Under the pieces are notes generated by a model. It was not told the origin of the DNA. It saw nothing but the letters and a program-made list of their open reading frames with translations, and ran no database searches. DNA of 56,853 bases, from positions 1-56,853 of the IMG/VR virus record IMGVR_UViG_3300031953_000013, one strand, 5' to 3'. The position numbers and the translations under genes are program-made. Positions 48,363-56,853 of the stretch are shown here, one piece after another. The stretch's first letter is position 1; each line of letters starts with the position of its first letter. The DNA is from a virus. Lineage: Duplodnaviria > Caudoviricetes.

Positions 48363-48590
48363 ATGCCAAGCACGATTCACTCCCACCCGTTTGATTCCCC
48401 TAGAAAATTAATGACGAAAGTGCAGCAGTTATTAGGCGAAGACCCGAGGTCCAATCCCGAAATATTTAGGGATACCGGCGTTCCCCTTAACTGGCTAAAC
48501 TCGTTTACCTCGAACAAGTTTAAGAACCCATCGGTCAATCGTATGGAATACCTGTACGAGCAGCTAAGCGGCAAGGATCTTATTTTATGA
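48363..48590 (+). CDS. HTH transcriptional regulator
   Basis: IFRDTGVPLNWL...NPSVNR..LY Cro/XRE-like pattern. Confidence 0.65.
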   Translation: MPSTIHSHPFDSPRKLMTKVQQLLGEDPRSNPEIFRDTGVPLNWLNSFTSNKFKNPSVNRMEYLYEQLSGKDLIL

Positions 48591-50860
48591 GCCGTTATTC
48601 GATACCGGACGAGATGCGCGAACTACCCCAATGGGTCGGTACGGATCTTACCAAGCGCCCTATCAATCCCAAAACCGGACACGCCGCCGCGGTCGATGAC
48701 CCGGGCTCTTGGGGTACCTTTGAACAGGCGTGTCAATGCGGCACCCCCTATATCGGTTTTGTGTTCACCAAGGAAGACCCTTACGTCTTTATCGACCTCG
48801 ATACCGGCAAGGTCCCGGAAATGACCGCTTGGCATTCGCAGCTGGTACAAGACGCGGCCAGCTACACGGAAACCTCGTTATCGGGTAAAGGCAGCCATAT
48901 TGTGGTTAAAGCCGAATTGGACCGGGGGTTGCGTTCGGATCGCCACGGTATCGAAATATACCCGGACAAGCGCTTTATGCTAATGACGGGTTGGACCTAT
49001 TTTTGCGACGAGATAAGCGACGCACAGGAATTGGTCACGGCCTTGGCGGCGGCTATCGAGCGCACCCGGGTCACGAAAATAGACGAGCTAGTTTCCGAAG
49101 CGTCGGACGTTAGCGACCAAGACCTTTTCATAAAAGCCAGAGGGGCCGAGAACGGGCAAAAATTTGAGGCCCTATTTAACGGGGAGTGGGAGGACTACGA
49201 AGAATACCAAAACGACCATAGTCGAGCAGACCTGGCCCTGACTACCTTTCTTGATTTTTACTCGCACGACGTAGAGCAGTGCGTTCGGATGTTTAAGCTG
49301 TCCAAACTGTATCGTAAAGAAAAGGGGCGAAGAAGCGGCGATGGTACCGATTACATCTTACGAACGCTCGAACAAGCGCGGGCGCGTAATTTACAGGACG
49401 CGCCGCTGGACATCGACTTTTCGGAAATGCGACGCCGTAGTGAGGAGGCGTATACCCGAGCGAAGAACGAAGAGTACCCGAGCCACATGGCTAACCCTCC
49501 CATAAAGGAAGGGGAGGTACCACCGCCTTCCACCACGTTATTTCCACCCGGGCTGGTCGGCGAGATGGCTCAGTATTTTTTTACCAGCGCTATTCGCCCG
49601 GTTCCGGAGGTCGCTTTAATGGGCGCGCTTGGTATGGTATCGGGGATAGTCGGGCGCCAATACAATATACCGGGGTCCGGCCTTAACCTGTATTTAATTT
49701 TGCTGGCGGCGACTGGGACCGGTAAAGAAGGCATGGCGACGGGCATCAACGCGCTAGTCTCGAAGGTACGAGAAACGGTCCCCGCGGTGGACCAATTCGT
49801 GGGCCCGGCGGAATTCTCGTCCGGCCCCGCTTTGGTTAAGGCGTTGAACGCGCAATCGTGTTTTTTCTCGGTGATAGGAGAGTTTGGTATGCGATTGCAA
49901 ACGATGGCCGACCCACGTTCGGGCCCCGCCGAGAAAACTTTGCAACGCGCCTTAATGAACCTCTATTCCAAGTCCGGGTGGAACCAAACGGAAAACAGCT
50001 CCGTCTATTCGGACCGGGAGAAAAACACGTCGGTCCTTTACGCCCCCTCTTTAACCATTGTTGGCGAGACCACACCAGAAACCTTTTTCGCTACGCTAAA
50101 CGAAACCCACATCCAGTCTGGTTTGATACCCCGGTTTATGTTTTTAGAGTATAGAGGGCCGCGCCCACCCATGAACGAGATTTCCGCCTTTTGCGATCCG
50201 GCTCCGACGCTGGTCCAGAAAACGGCGGACCTGGCGGCGCAGTGCATTCGGATGGAAGCGAACGCCGCCTGTCAAACGGTCAATATAGACCAGAACGCTT
50301 ACGCCACGCTAAAACGAATGAACGAATACGCCGACCTCAAGATTAATAGCGGGTCCGAAGTTTACAAGCAATTGTGGAACAGAGCCCACCTGAAAGCGCT
50401 TCGCCTTTCGGCCGTGGTAGCCGTCGGCATAAACTTCTCTGCTCCAATCATAACCGAAGAGATCGCGCAATGGGCGGTGGACTTTGTCTATAAGGATGTG
50501 GCCACAATAGAGACTCGGTTTGAAAATAACGAGGTCGGTACCGGCGAGCATTTGTTTGAAGGGGATATACGGCGAGCGGTTAACAGCTACATTAGCATGA
50601 CAAGCGATCAACGGATGAATACGTATAAGGTACCGAAGTTAGTCGCTAACGAGCCGGGCGTGGTGCCTTATGGTTATTTGCGTCGGCGGTTGCGGTTGCT
50701 TACCGGGTTTAAAGAAGATCGCCGAGGGTCCAGCAGAGCCATTCAAGACGCGCTAAAAGATTTGGTCCAAGCCGACATCCTGGCGTTAGTCCCGGCACAC
50801 GTTCGTCGTGACAAGTTCGGGGTTCGGGCAGAGCTGTATACTTTTGGGCCCAGCTGGTGA
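48587..50860 (+). CDS. Primase-polymerase/helicase fusion
   Basis: IP.E...PQWV, FIDLD, ETSLSGKGSH and D.S.AD motifs; C-terminal ATGTGKE ATPase. Confidence 0.85.
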   Translation: MSRYSIPDEMRELPQWVGTDLTKRPINPKTGHAAAVDDPGSWGTFEQACQCGTPYIGFVFTKEDPYVFIDLDTGKVPEMTAWHSQLVQDAASYTETSLSGKGSHIVVKAELDRGLRSDRHGIEIYPDKRFMLMTGWTYFCDEISDAQELVTALAAAIERTRVTKIDELVSEASDVSDQDLFIKARGAENGQKFEALFNGEWEDYEEYQNDHSRADLALTTFLDFYSHDVEQCVRMFKLSKLYRKEKGRRSGDGTDYILRTLEQARARNLQDAPLDIDFSEMRRRSEEAYTRAKNEEYPSHMANPPIKEGEVPPPSTTLFPPGLVGEMAQYFFTSAIRPVPEVALMGALGMVSGIVGRQYNIPGSGLNLYLILLAATGTGKEGMATGINALVSKVRETVPAVDQFVGPAEFSSGPALVKALNAQSCFFSVIGEFGMRLQTMADPRSGPAEKTLQRALMNLYSKSGWNQTENSSVYSDREKNTSVLYAPSLTIVGETTPETFFATLNETHIQSGLIPRFMFLEYRGPRPPMNEISAFCDPAPTLVQKTADLAAQCIRMEANAACQTVNIDQNAYATLKRMNEYADLKINSGSEVYKQLWNRAHLKALRLSAVVAVGINFSAPIITEEIAQWAVDFVYKDVATIETRFENNEVGTGEHLFEGDIRRAVNSYISMTSDQRMNTYKVPKLVANEPGVVPYGYLRRRLRLLTGFKEDRRGSSRAIQDALKDLVQADILALVPAHVRRDKFGVRAELYTFGPSW

Positions 50861-51159
50861 TTCGGTTTTTGGTTATTCGGTTTGGGTGGTTTTGGACCGT
50901 GATTTTGGCTAGTGTGGGTGGAAATACCCCTAACCCAGACAATTTTCCCCTTACCGGAATCGCCACCGCCCTTTCGTTCCAACGATGGTGGGCGATTAGG
51001 GGAAAGAATTGGGGGGAAGGACCTTTTTCTGGGCACGCTGTTTTTGGTAATGATTTTGGTCAGGGGGTTGTGAAATTCCTTAATAAAGGGGAGTTTTCCC
51101 TCAGCCAAAACGCCCACATCGCCCTCGTTCCAACGCTTGTGGGCGATTGGGGAAATGGG

Positions 51160-51420
51160 AATGGGGGAAGCGTATATATAGAGGACGATAGAGAAGGAGA
51201 AATAAACATGATATCTATAAACATCCATAATGGCTATTTATACGTTCCTTATTACCTTATTACCCCTACTATATATATATATATGATATATATAAATAAA
51301 ATATTATTAAGTCTGGGAAGAAAAGAGGGTAATTGGGGGTATTCGTAAAAAACCTAACTAAAATATAGTGAACTAAGAACTAAAAGTAGCTTGCCGTAAC
51401 CAAAAACTAACCAAACCGAG
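51160..51420. other. Putative replication origin (AT-rich, TA-repeat tract)
   Basis: Non-coding; (TA)n run at about 51267-51310 directly after the primase gene. Confidence 0.5.
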
Positions 51421-51429
51421 GATATTCCG

Positions 51430-51891
51430 ATGGGTGGCAAATCGAGCTTAAACAAGGGCAAACGAGGCGAAAGAGAAGTAGTCAAGCTGTTACAGCCTAT
51501 TGTGGACAAAGTCTACTCGGCGTATCCGATGTTAGGAGACGCTCCGGCAATTCAGCGTAACACGTTGCAATCGGATAAGGGTGGTTTTGACCTGGTTGGT
51601 CTGGACTGGCTAGCTCCGGAAGTCAAGTTTCAAGAATCGTTTAACCTGTCTGGGTGGTGGGCACAGACCGAACGACAGGCGGCCACCCACCAAACACCAG
51701 TTTTGATTTACCGACGCAGCCGGGTGTCGTGGCGCGTCCGAATCAAGATGTACCGGCAGCTGGGCCAAAAAAGGTTTTTCTGCGTGGCGGATATTACGGT
51801 GGACGACTTTCTGGTTTACTTCGAGCACCGGTTGCACTCGGAATTGCAAATCCAGCTCCTAGAACAAGAGACTAAAGGCTACGCCGATTAG
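51430..51891 (+). CDS. Holliday junction resolvase-like PD-(D/E)xK nuclease
   Basis: KGKRGERE, DL...EVK and WW.Q motifs. Confidence 0.75.
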   Translation: MGGKSSLNKGKRGEREVVKLLQPIVDKVYSAYPMLGDAPAIQRNTLQSDKGGFDLVGLDWLAPEVKFQESFNLSGWWAQTERQAATHQTPVLIYRRSRVSWRVRIKMYRQLGQKRFFCVADITVDDFLVYFEHRLHSELQIQLLEQETKGYAD

Positions 51892-51903
51892 TCTAAACAA
51901 GTG

Positions 51904-51932
51904 TTGTCTGCTTTTGTTGTTTGTGGGATAAT
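51904..51932 (+). promoter_or_regulatory. Sigma70-like early promoter
   Basis: TTGTCT-17 nt-GATAAT with extended TG. Confidence 0.5.
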
Positions 51933-51971
51933 TAATCATCGAATAAAGAAACGCCAACGGAGATTAAGCAG

Positions 51972-52115
51972 ATGACCATAACCCTTATAGTAATTCATCC
52001 CGGCTTGCTGAAGTCATTCGCCAAGGTCACTTATTCGGACGGAAGCTCCCTTATCACTTCCGCCAATGAAGGCGAGCGGCTCGCACGCCAACACAACGCA
52101 AAGGGGGTTAAGTAA
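51972..52115 (+). CDS. Small hypothetical protein (47 aa)
   Basis: RBS ggag; abuts the next ATG. Confidence 0.5.
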   Translation: MTITLIVIHPGLLKSFAKVTYSDGSSLITSANEGERLARQHNAKGVK

Positions 52116-52388
52116 ATGACCAAAATGAGCCCTAGCGCCTTTAAAAAAGCCATGCTAGTCAGGAAGCGGCTCTACTCCCACTCCCTATATCATAGCGTGG
52201 GGGATTCCAAGTTCCTGGATAACGTACAGAAGCAAGGCTTTATCACCCCCTCCCAGAGTGACTGCGTCATCCGGGTTAGCCAGAGGCTGAACACGGCGGA
52301 TACGTGGAAGGTCTCCACAAAAAAGAAGTACCACAATACGGACAATTTTGAGTCCTTTGATTACGGCTTCGGCTACTACTCAGACTAA
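52116..52388 (+). CDS. Hypothetical protein
   Basis: ORF in the early-gene chain. Confidence 0.55.
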   Translation: MTKMSPSAFKKAMLVRKRLYSHSLYHSVGDSKFLDNVQKQGFITPSQSDCVIRVSQRLNTADTWKVSTKKKYHNTDNFESFDYGFGYYSD

Positions 52389-52399
52389 AGGGATCGACG

Positions 52400-52849
52400 A
52401 TGCAAAAACTAACCTATGAAACCGAAACCTGTACCCACTGCGGGGGTACTGGGCGCTTTTCCTACAACGCGATGCACGGCGACCGTTGCTTTAAATGCGG
52501 CGGCTCGGGTAAGCAGCGTACCAAACGAGGCGCGGCCGCCCGAGCATACGCTAACACCTTGCTGGAGATTAAAATCGAGGACGTACCAGAAGGTACCTTG
52601 TTTTCCTACTCTGATGCTCTCGCTGGTCGTCAATTTTGGTTTTGCACCTCGGTCAAAACTACGAGTGATTGGGTAGGCCCAAACGGGCGACCCGTCGCCG
52701 TCTTCGATGTCAGGACCAGAGACGGTGACACGGTATGGTGCATCGGAAGTGGTACTCGTGTTCGTCTGGTTCCGTCCCCTAATCAGATCAAGATAATCCG
52801 GGAGTACCAGGATTCGCTAACCAAAGCGGGTAAGCCGAGAAAACGCTAG
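52400..52849 (+). CDS. DnaJ-type CxxCxGxG zinc-finger protein
   Basis: CTHCGGTG and CFKCGGSG. Confidence 0.7.
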   Translation: MQKLTYETETCTHCGGTGRFSYNAMHGDRCFKCGGSGKQRTKRGAAARAYANTLLEIKIEDVPEGTLFSYSDALAGRQFWFCTSVKTTSDWVGPNGRPVAVFDVRTRDGDTVWCIGSGTRVRLVPSPNQIKIIREYQDSLTKAGKPRKR

Positions 52850-52904
52850 ACCCGCCAACGCTGTCACCGTTGGCGCCCTTTAACGCATAAACAGGACCGT
52901 AACC

Positions 52905-53126
52905 ATGAAAAGCGAGCAGTACGTAACCACCCAACGCACGGCTAAGAGTTTTAAGCTTCAGAGCCTACTCTCGGTCCTTATGATGTTCCTTGGCGCTATT
53001 ATGGCGATGCAGGTGGAGCCCAGCACTACGGGCAACGCTGGCATTCTTTGGGGGGTCTTTCTGGTATTGTTTGGATTTGTCTGGCACATCATTAATCGAA
53101 TAAGGATCTGGTGGAACCATGCGTAG
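52905..53126 (+). CDS. Two-TM membrane protein
   Basis: Two hydrophobic helices; C-terminal WWNH. Confidence 0.65.
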   Translation: MKSEQYVTTQRTAKSFKLQSLLSVLMMFLGAIMAMQVEPSTTGNAGILWGVFLVLFGFVWHIINRIRIWWNHA

Positions 53127-53161
53127 AGTATTTAATGCAACTAAAGGTCTAGGGGGTGGTA

Positions 53162-53317
53162 ATGAGTAGCCCAGAGGTGGTACTAGAATTGATGCGACGA
53201 ACCGGCGAGGGCAAGCTGGCCTGCACTATAGCCCTGCAACTTACCGGGTGGGATCCCACAAAGGCTCTCGAGCGCATGCGTGTTTCGTACCCAGACATGA
53301 AGGAAAAAGACTTATGA
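53162..53317 (+). CDS. Stand-alone EF-Ts N-terminal (UBA-like) domain protein, 51 aa
   Basis: VLELMRRTGEGKLACTIAL...D..KALERMR resembles EF-Ts [19 protein letters not shown]...D...AIENMR. Confidence 0.7.
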   Translation: MSSPEVVLELMRRTGEGKLACTIALQLTGWDPTKALERMRVSYPDMKEKDL

Positions 53318-53390
53318 GAACCAAACACGTTACCGAAGCGACGGAATACGGGTATACTTGTATTGTGGATAACGACCTGGAGATTACGGT

Positions 53391-54023
53391 ATGAAACAAC
53401 CAACAACAGAGCAGTTAAATGATCCGGCGTGGTGGGCTATTAACGCCAAGCCACCCGCACCGAAGTGGGTTAACCAACTGCCGCCTGTTGGTTACGAGTG
53501 CGGGTTCGAGTGCTCGGGAAAGGAGAATAAAATATTCGAGGAGATCGGGTGTAGGGTTGTTAAAATTATTGCTCACGACACCTGCTCTGAAGGTACGACG
53601 CCGGTTGCGGTATTTTCGTGGGTGGACGCCAAGGGCAAGAAAAGGTTTAACGGTGTTTGCAAAGGCTGGCTCCGCCCAATCCGCGCACCGAAAGAACCGG
53701 CCCCGCAGGAGTGGGTCAATGGCCTGCCGTTTGTTGGATGCGAGTGCAAGGTTTTACACAACGGCCTTTTTATTCCAGCCACGATAATCGCACACGGCGA
53801 ACAGCACGGAGAAAGCGTTGCCGTTTGTCAAACCGAGTTTCACGCCCTAATCCGTAATGCTACGCAGTGTCGTCCCACCCGCTCCCCGGCAGAGCGGGTT
53901 AAAGAAGAGACTATGGCTTACGCGAGGAATGTCTGCCCATACCCCCACAGCGAGACTACGAAGGTGGATGTCGAGGCGCTGTACGACTGCGGGCTGCTGC
54001 TTGCCTTAGAGGCGGAGATATAA
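53391..54023 (+). CDS. Hypothetical protein with internal domain duplication
   Basis: WVN.LP.VG.EC...IIAH...VAV occurs twice. Confidence 0.65.
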   Translation: MKQPTTEQLNDPAWWAINAKPPAPKWVNQLPPVGYECGFECSGKENKIFEEIGCRVVKIIAHDTCSEGTTPVAVFSWVDAKGKKRFNGVCKGWLRPIRAPKEPAPQEWVNGLPFVGCECKVLHNGLFIPATIIAHGEQHGESVAVCQTEFHALIRNATQCRPTRSPAERVKEETMAYARNVCPYPHSETTKVDVEALYDCGLLLALEAEI

Positions 54024-54039
54024 AACAGGAGCAAGACTT

Positions 54040-54237
54040 ATGAGTACGAAAGCAATTCATCTAGGGGATGGGGCCTACGCCTCCATCAGTGAATACGGCG
54101 ATCTGTACATCACGGCAAACCACCACGAGCCCAGTCAGGCAACCGATACTGTCGTCATCGAAAGAGCCCGAGCGCAAGCACTGGTCAAGTTTATTGAAGA
54201 CGAGATTACAGGCTTAAAACAGGAGCAAGGGACATGA
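54040..54237 (+). CDS. Hypothetical protein
   Basis: HLGDGAYA motif; RBS aggag. Confidence 0.6.
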   Translation: MSTKAIHLGDGAYASISEYGDLYITANHHEPSQATDTVVIERARAQALVKFIEDEITGLKQEQGT

Positions 54238-54470
54238 GCAAGCGATATTCAGAACGCGACATTATTGAGCAGGGCAATTATTACTCCCGCCATACTTCAG
54301 CAATGACGGGCGAGGGGCTGCACAGCAAGTCAGCCATTGCCGCCGATCTAAAAGCCGAAGACCGGGCGGAGCGCCTTTATCGGCGAAGCCTCGCCCGCCA
54401 CCCCGACTGTAACGACCCGGACCATCCTGGCTGTGCAAATTGCGAACCACCCGAGGACTTCGAGGGATAG
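54234..54470 (+). CDS. Hypothetical protein with C-terminal Cys motif
   Basis: ATGA overlap; HPDC.DPDHPGCANC. Confidence 0.55.
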   Translation: MSKRYSERDIIEQGNYYSRHTSAMTGEGLHSKSAIAADLKAEDRAERLYRRSLARHPDCNDPDHPGCANCEPPEDFEG

Positions 54471-54528
54471 GTGCGTACCTAATACGCTTCCTTTATACTT
54501 TGTAAAACCTCTTTACAAGGGAACTCGG

Positions 54529-54738
54529 ATGCCACCTAAAGCGCCACCCAAAAAACCCATCCCTACTCGCCGGGACTTTAATGTCTTATTGAAGGAGATG
54601 GCGACCATTATTGAAGAACGTATGGTTGGGTTCGGGTCCGACCCACGCAGCCCGGCCGACGTTGATAATTTTGTTAACGGCATTGCCGTCGCCAAAAAAT
54701 TAAAGATTTTACTTACCGTGGAAATGGACGAGGAGTAA
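54529..54738 (+). CDS. Hypothetical protein
   Basis: ATG at 54529, MPPKAPPKK... Confidence 0.5.
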   Translation: MPPKAPPKKPIPTRRDFNVLLKEMATIIEERMVGFGSDPRSPADVDNFVNGIAVAKKLKILLTVEMDEE

Positions 54739-54809
54739 CCCGTGCACTACGTACCCGGCCAGAACGCTGCTAAAGCAGAGCTAAGCTGTACGACAGAGGT
54801 CAAGTAACA

Positions 54810-55613
54810 GTGAGCGCAACCACCCCCATAAACCTCGGCGTTACCAACATCCTGGCGACCTCAGTACGTTTTATTTGGGAGTCTGGTACCTTCACCCCCA
54901 CTTCATTATTCACAAATGGAGAAAGCGGCGCTTGGTACGACCCTAGTGATTTATCAACACTCTTCCAAGATTCAGCGGGTACTACTCCGGTCACAGCAGA
55001 CGGTGATCCGGTTGGTTTGATGCTGGATAAATCTGGCAATGGCAATCACGCCAGTCAATCAGTCAGTGCATCAAGACCGGTCTACCGTACAGACGGTGTG
55101 TTGCATTGGCTTTCTTTTGACGGTGTTGATGATTGGATGCAGGCAGATGGATTTTCGTGGCTGACGACAGGAACAGCAAAGCAAATATCTGGTGCTGGGT
55201 ATAGAAACACTGGGGGTCCGGGCTATTTGCTGCATTCCTCCGGTGATAGCGTTTCAGCTCCTGGAATTCAATACGCCTATGTAATGCAAACTACCAATAA
55301 CAATGGATTCTTTAGATTTGGTACTGATACAAACGTTTCTCAATCTGTTGGTCTTAAAGATATTATGTCATCAACATACGATGTGTCTTTGTTAGCCGCT
55401 TCCGGCGGGGTGTCTGGGGAAATAAATAGCCTAGGCGTTCAAAATGTCATTGACGGTATTGATACATTAACAATAGGCTGTAGAACGCCAAGCAACCCCT
55501 CAGTATTTTGGGAGGGTGATTTATACGGTGTTGTTATTTCTGAATCTTACATCCCTGATAAATTACCTGACTTAAACAACTATTTAGCAGATAAGGCAGG
55601 GGTAACCCTATGA
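54810..55613 (+). CDS. Concanavalin/LamG-like fibre or decoration protein
   Basis: GAWYDPSDLSTLFQDSAGTTPVTADGDPVG..LDKSGNGNHA, FDGVDD and YLA.KAG motifs. Confidence 0.7.
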   Translation: MSATTPINLGVTNILATSVRFIWESGTFTPTSLFTNGESGAWYDPSDLSTLFQDSAGTTPVTADGDPVGLMLDKSGNGNHASQSVSASRPVYRTDGVLHWLSFDGVDDWMQADGFSWLTTGTAKQISGAGYRNTGGPGYLLHSSGDSVSAPGIQYAYVMQTTNNNGFFRFGTDTNVSQSVGLKDIMSSTYDVSLLAASGGVSGEINSLGVQNVIDGIDTLTIGCRTPSNPSVFWEGDLYGVVISESYIPDKLPDLNNYLADKAGVTL

Positions 55614-56008
55614 GCACGCAATACACCCATCGAGTTACCATAGCCTGCCCCGAACACATGATAGCCAGCGCCAACCAACTGGCGCTCATAAAAGGTGAGT
55701 CTTCGGCAGACGACCAGACGTTCCTAACGGCACGCTATGCAGACTCAACCGACAACCTGTTTGCCATATGCTCAACCGTGGTTACTGAGGGATTTCTTGC
55801 GCTTGAGAATGGCCTGCCTGACGTGCTACCGGATCACGCTATAAGTGCTGACAGGGCAATGGCACAGAGCGCGTTCGATAAGCTGGTCATCTGGCATAGC
55901 GGAGAACTTGATTATAGTGCGCTGACGGTTGCCATTGACATTGATCCGCAGGAAGTCATTAGGCAATGGAAGGTCAAGGCGGTTGAACAGGAAGAGTTAA
56001 ATGTTTAA
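55610..56008 (+). CDS. Hypothetical partner of the LamG-like protein
   Basis: ATGA overlap with the previous gene. Confidence 0.6.
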   Translation: MSTQYTHRVTIACPEHMIASANQLALIKGESSADDQTFLTARYADSTDNLFAICSTVVTEGFLALENGLPDVLPDHAISADRAMAQSAFDKLVIWHSGELDYSALTVAIDIDPQEVIRQWKVKAVEQEELNV

Positions 56009-56041
56009 GCCGCTTATGCGCTTCACGTGGGAGCAAGGCTA

Positions 56042-56853
56042 GTGTCGTATACGCTTGAATGGCGGCTAGTGGCAGGCCCGGGGGCGACGACTACTGTAAC
56101 GGGTATCACCGACCCGTTCTACGACCTGTCTGGCCTAACAGAAAGCACAGATTATGAGTTCAGGGTATTAGAGACTGACGGAACTACGCCTTCTGCGTTC
56201 TCGGCTTGGTACTCGTTTACTTCTGGTACCCCGGCAACGCCGTCCATCGGGGTCGCTAGTATATCGTTGTCCATGCAGCCATCGACTATCGGAATCGGAC
56301 AAGGGCTGGATTTCGGTCCAGCGTCGGTTCTGGTTACCGGGTTGGCTGGGCAAGTTGTTAGCGGAGGGTGGACGGGCTCGGTTGGAAACGTCGCCAAGGT
56401 AATAACCGTAGTTCAATTTGGTAGCGCTATTGGTGGGGCCCTTTCCCAAGGCCCGGCTAGCCTTGTGATAACCACAAAAGCACCCTCGGTATCCGCCGGG
56501 CATGCCGAGGCCACGCTAAAAGGCCAAATCTCTATCCAAACTAAAGGCTTCGGGTACGCGACTGGGGCCGGCCTCAGTTTAACGCCGACTGTGGAGGCCA
56601 TCCAAGAGGTGGCCTTTGGTATTGCTGCAGGCGGAGGTTTCGGTTTCGGGGGCGGGTCCCTTACTATTAACCCGCAACTCGTAGAAATGGTACTTGGTTT
56701 GTCTCTTGGGTTCCAAGCGCAATCCATTACGATAAATACCAGTAAATTCGGACTGGCCTACTTCACAACGACGCCGGGGTTTCGTACCATTGAAATCCCA
56801 TTAATGGACGTCACCTTGGGGGTCCCATTAATGGACGTCACCTTGGGGGTCCC
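56042..56853 (+). CDS. Fn3-containing structural protein (289 aa) continuing across the junction to the stop at 183-185
   Basis: Frame translated by hand and open throughout: SYTLEWR...YDLSGLTESTDYEFRV...DRKIQIG*. Absent from the ORF track. Confidence 0.75.
   Translation, partial: MSYTLEWRLVAGPGATTTVTGITDPFYDLSGLTESTDYEFRVLETDGTTPSAFSAWYSFTSGTPATPSIGVASISLSMQPSTIGIGQGLDFGPASVLVTGLAGQVVSGGWTGSVGNVAKVITVVQFGSAIGGALSQGPASLVITTKAPSVSAGHAEATLKGQISIQTKGFGYATGAGLSLTPTVEAIQEVAFGIAAGGGFGFGGGSLTINPQLVEMVLGLSLGFQAQSITINTSKFGLAYFTTTPGFRTIEIPLMDVTLGVPLMDVTLGV
56727..56853. repeat. Terminal direct repeat (copy of 1-127)
   Basis: Exact match. Confidence 0.95.

Noticed and set aside
50857-51348. 163-aa and 161-aa ORFs over the post-primase region
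   Set aside because: Low-complexity translations of an origin-like tract.

Overview
The window is a complete, circularly assembled ~56.7-kb dsDNA siphovirus genome (bases 1-127 repeat exactly at 56727-56853). It looks lytic, since I found no integrase or CI-type repressor, and the spanin pair implies a Gram-negative host. The + strand carries an auxiliary fibre cassette spanning the junction, terS, an embedded lysis cassette, terL, head genes and tail genes. The tail chaperone has a -1 frameshift. The tail module ends in an intact diversity-generating retroelement (DGR): a tail-fibre target with VR at 27136-27243, TR at 27327-27434 (25 mismatches, all at TR adenines) and a YCDD reverse transcriptase, with no recognisable avd gene. 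The - strand carries PolA, a beta clamp, a 7-deazaguanine DNA-modification cluster (dpdA, PRTase-folE fusion, queD, queC, queE), helicase, Cas4-like nuclease, thyA, a polyQ SSB, a Sak4-like ATPase and MazG. A primase, putative origin and early genes follow on the + strand. Highlights: an avd-less DGR with an RNA clamp around TR and a strongly skewed A-to-G pattern, a PRTase-FolE fusion, a stand-alone EF-Ts N-domain mimic missed by the ORF track, an Fn3 domain split across two genes, and a four-member paralogous HTH-like family. Family assignments come from motif recognition by eye; no searches were run.
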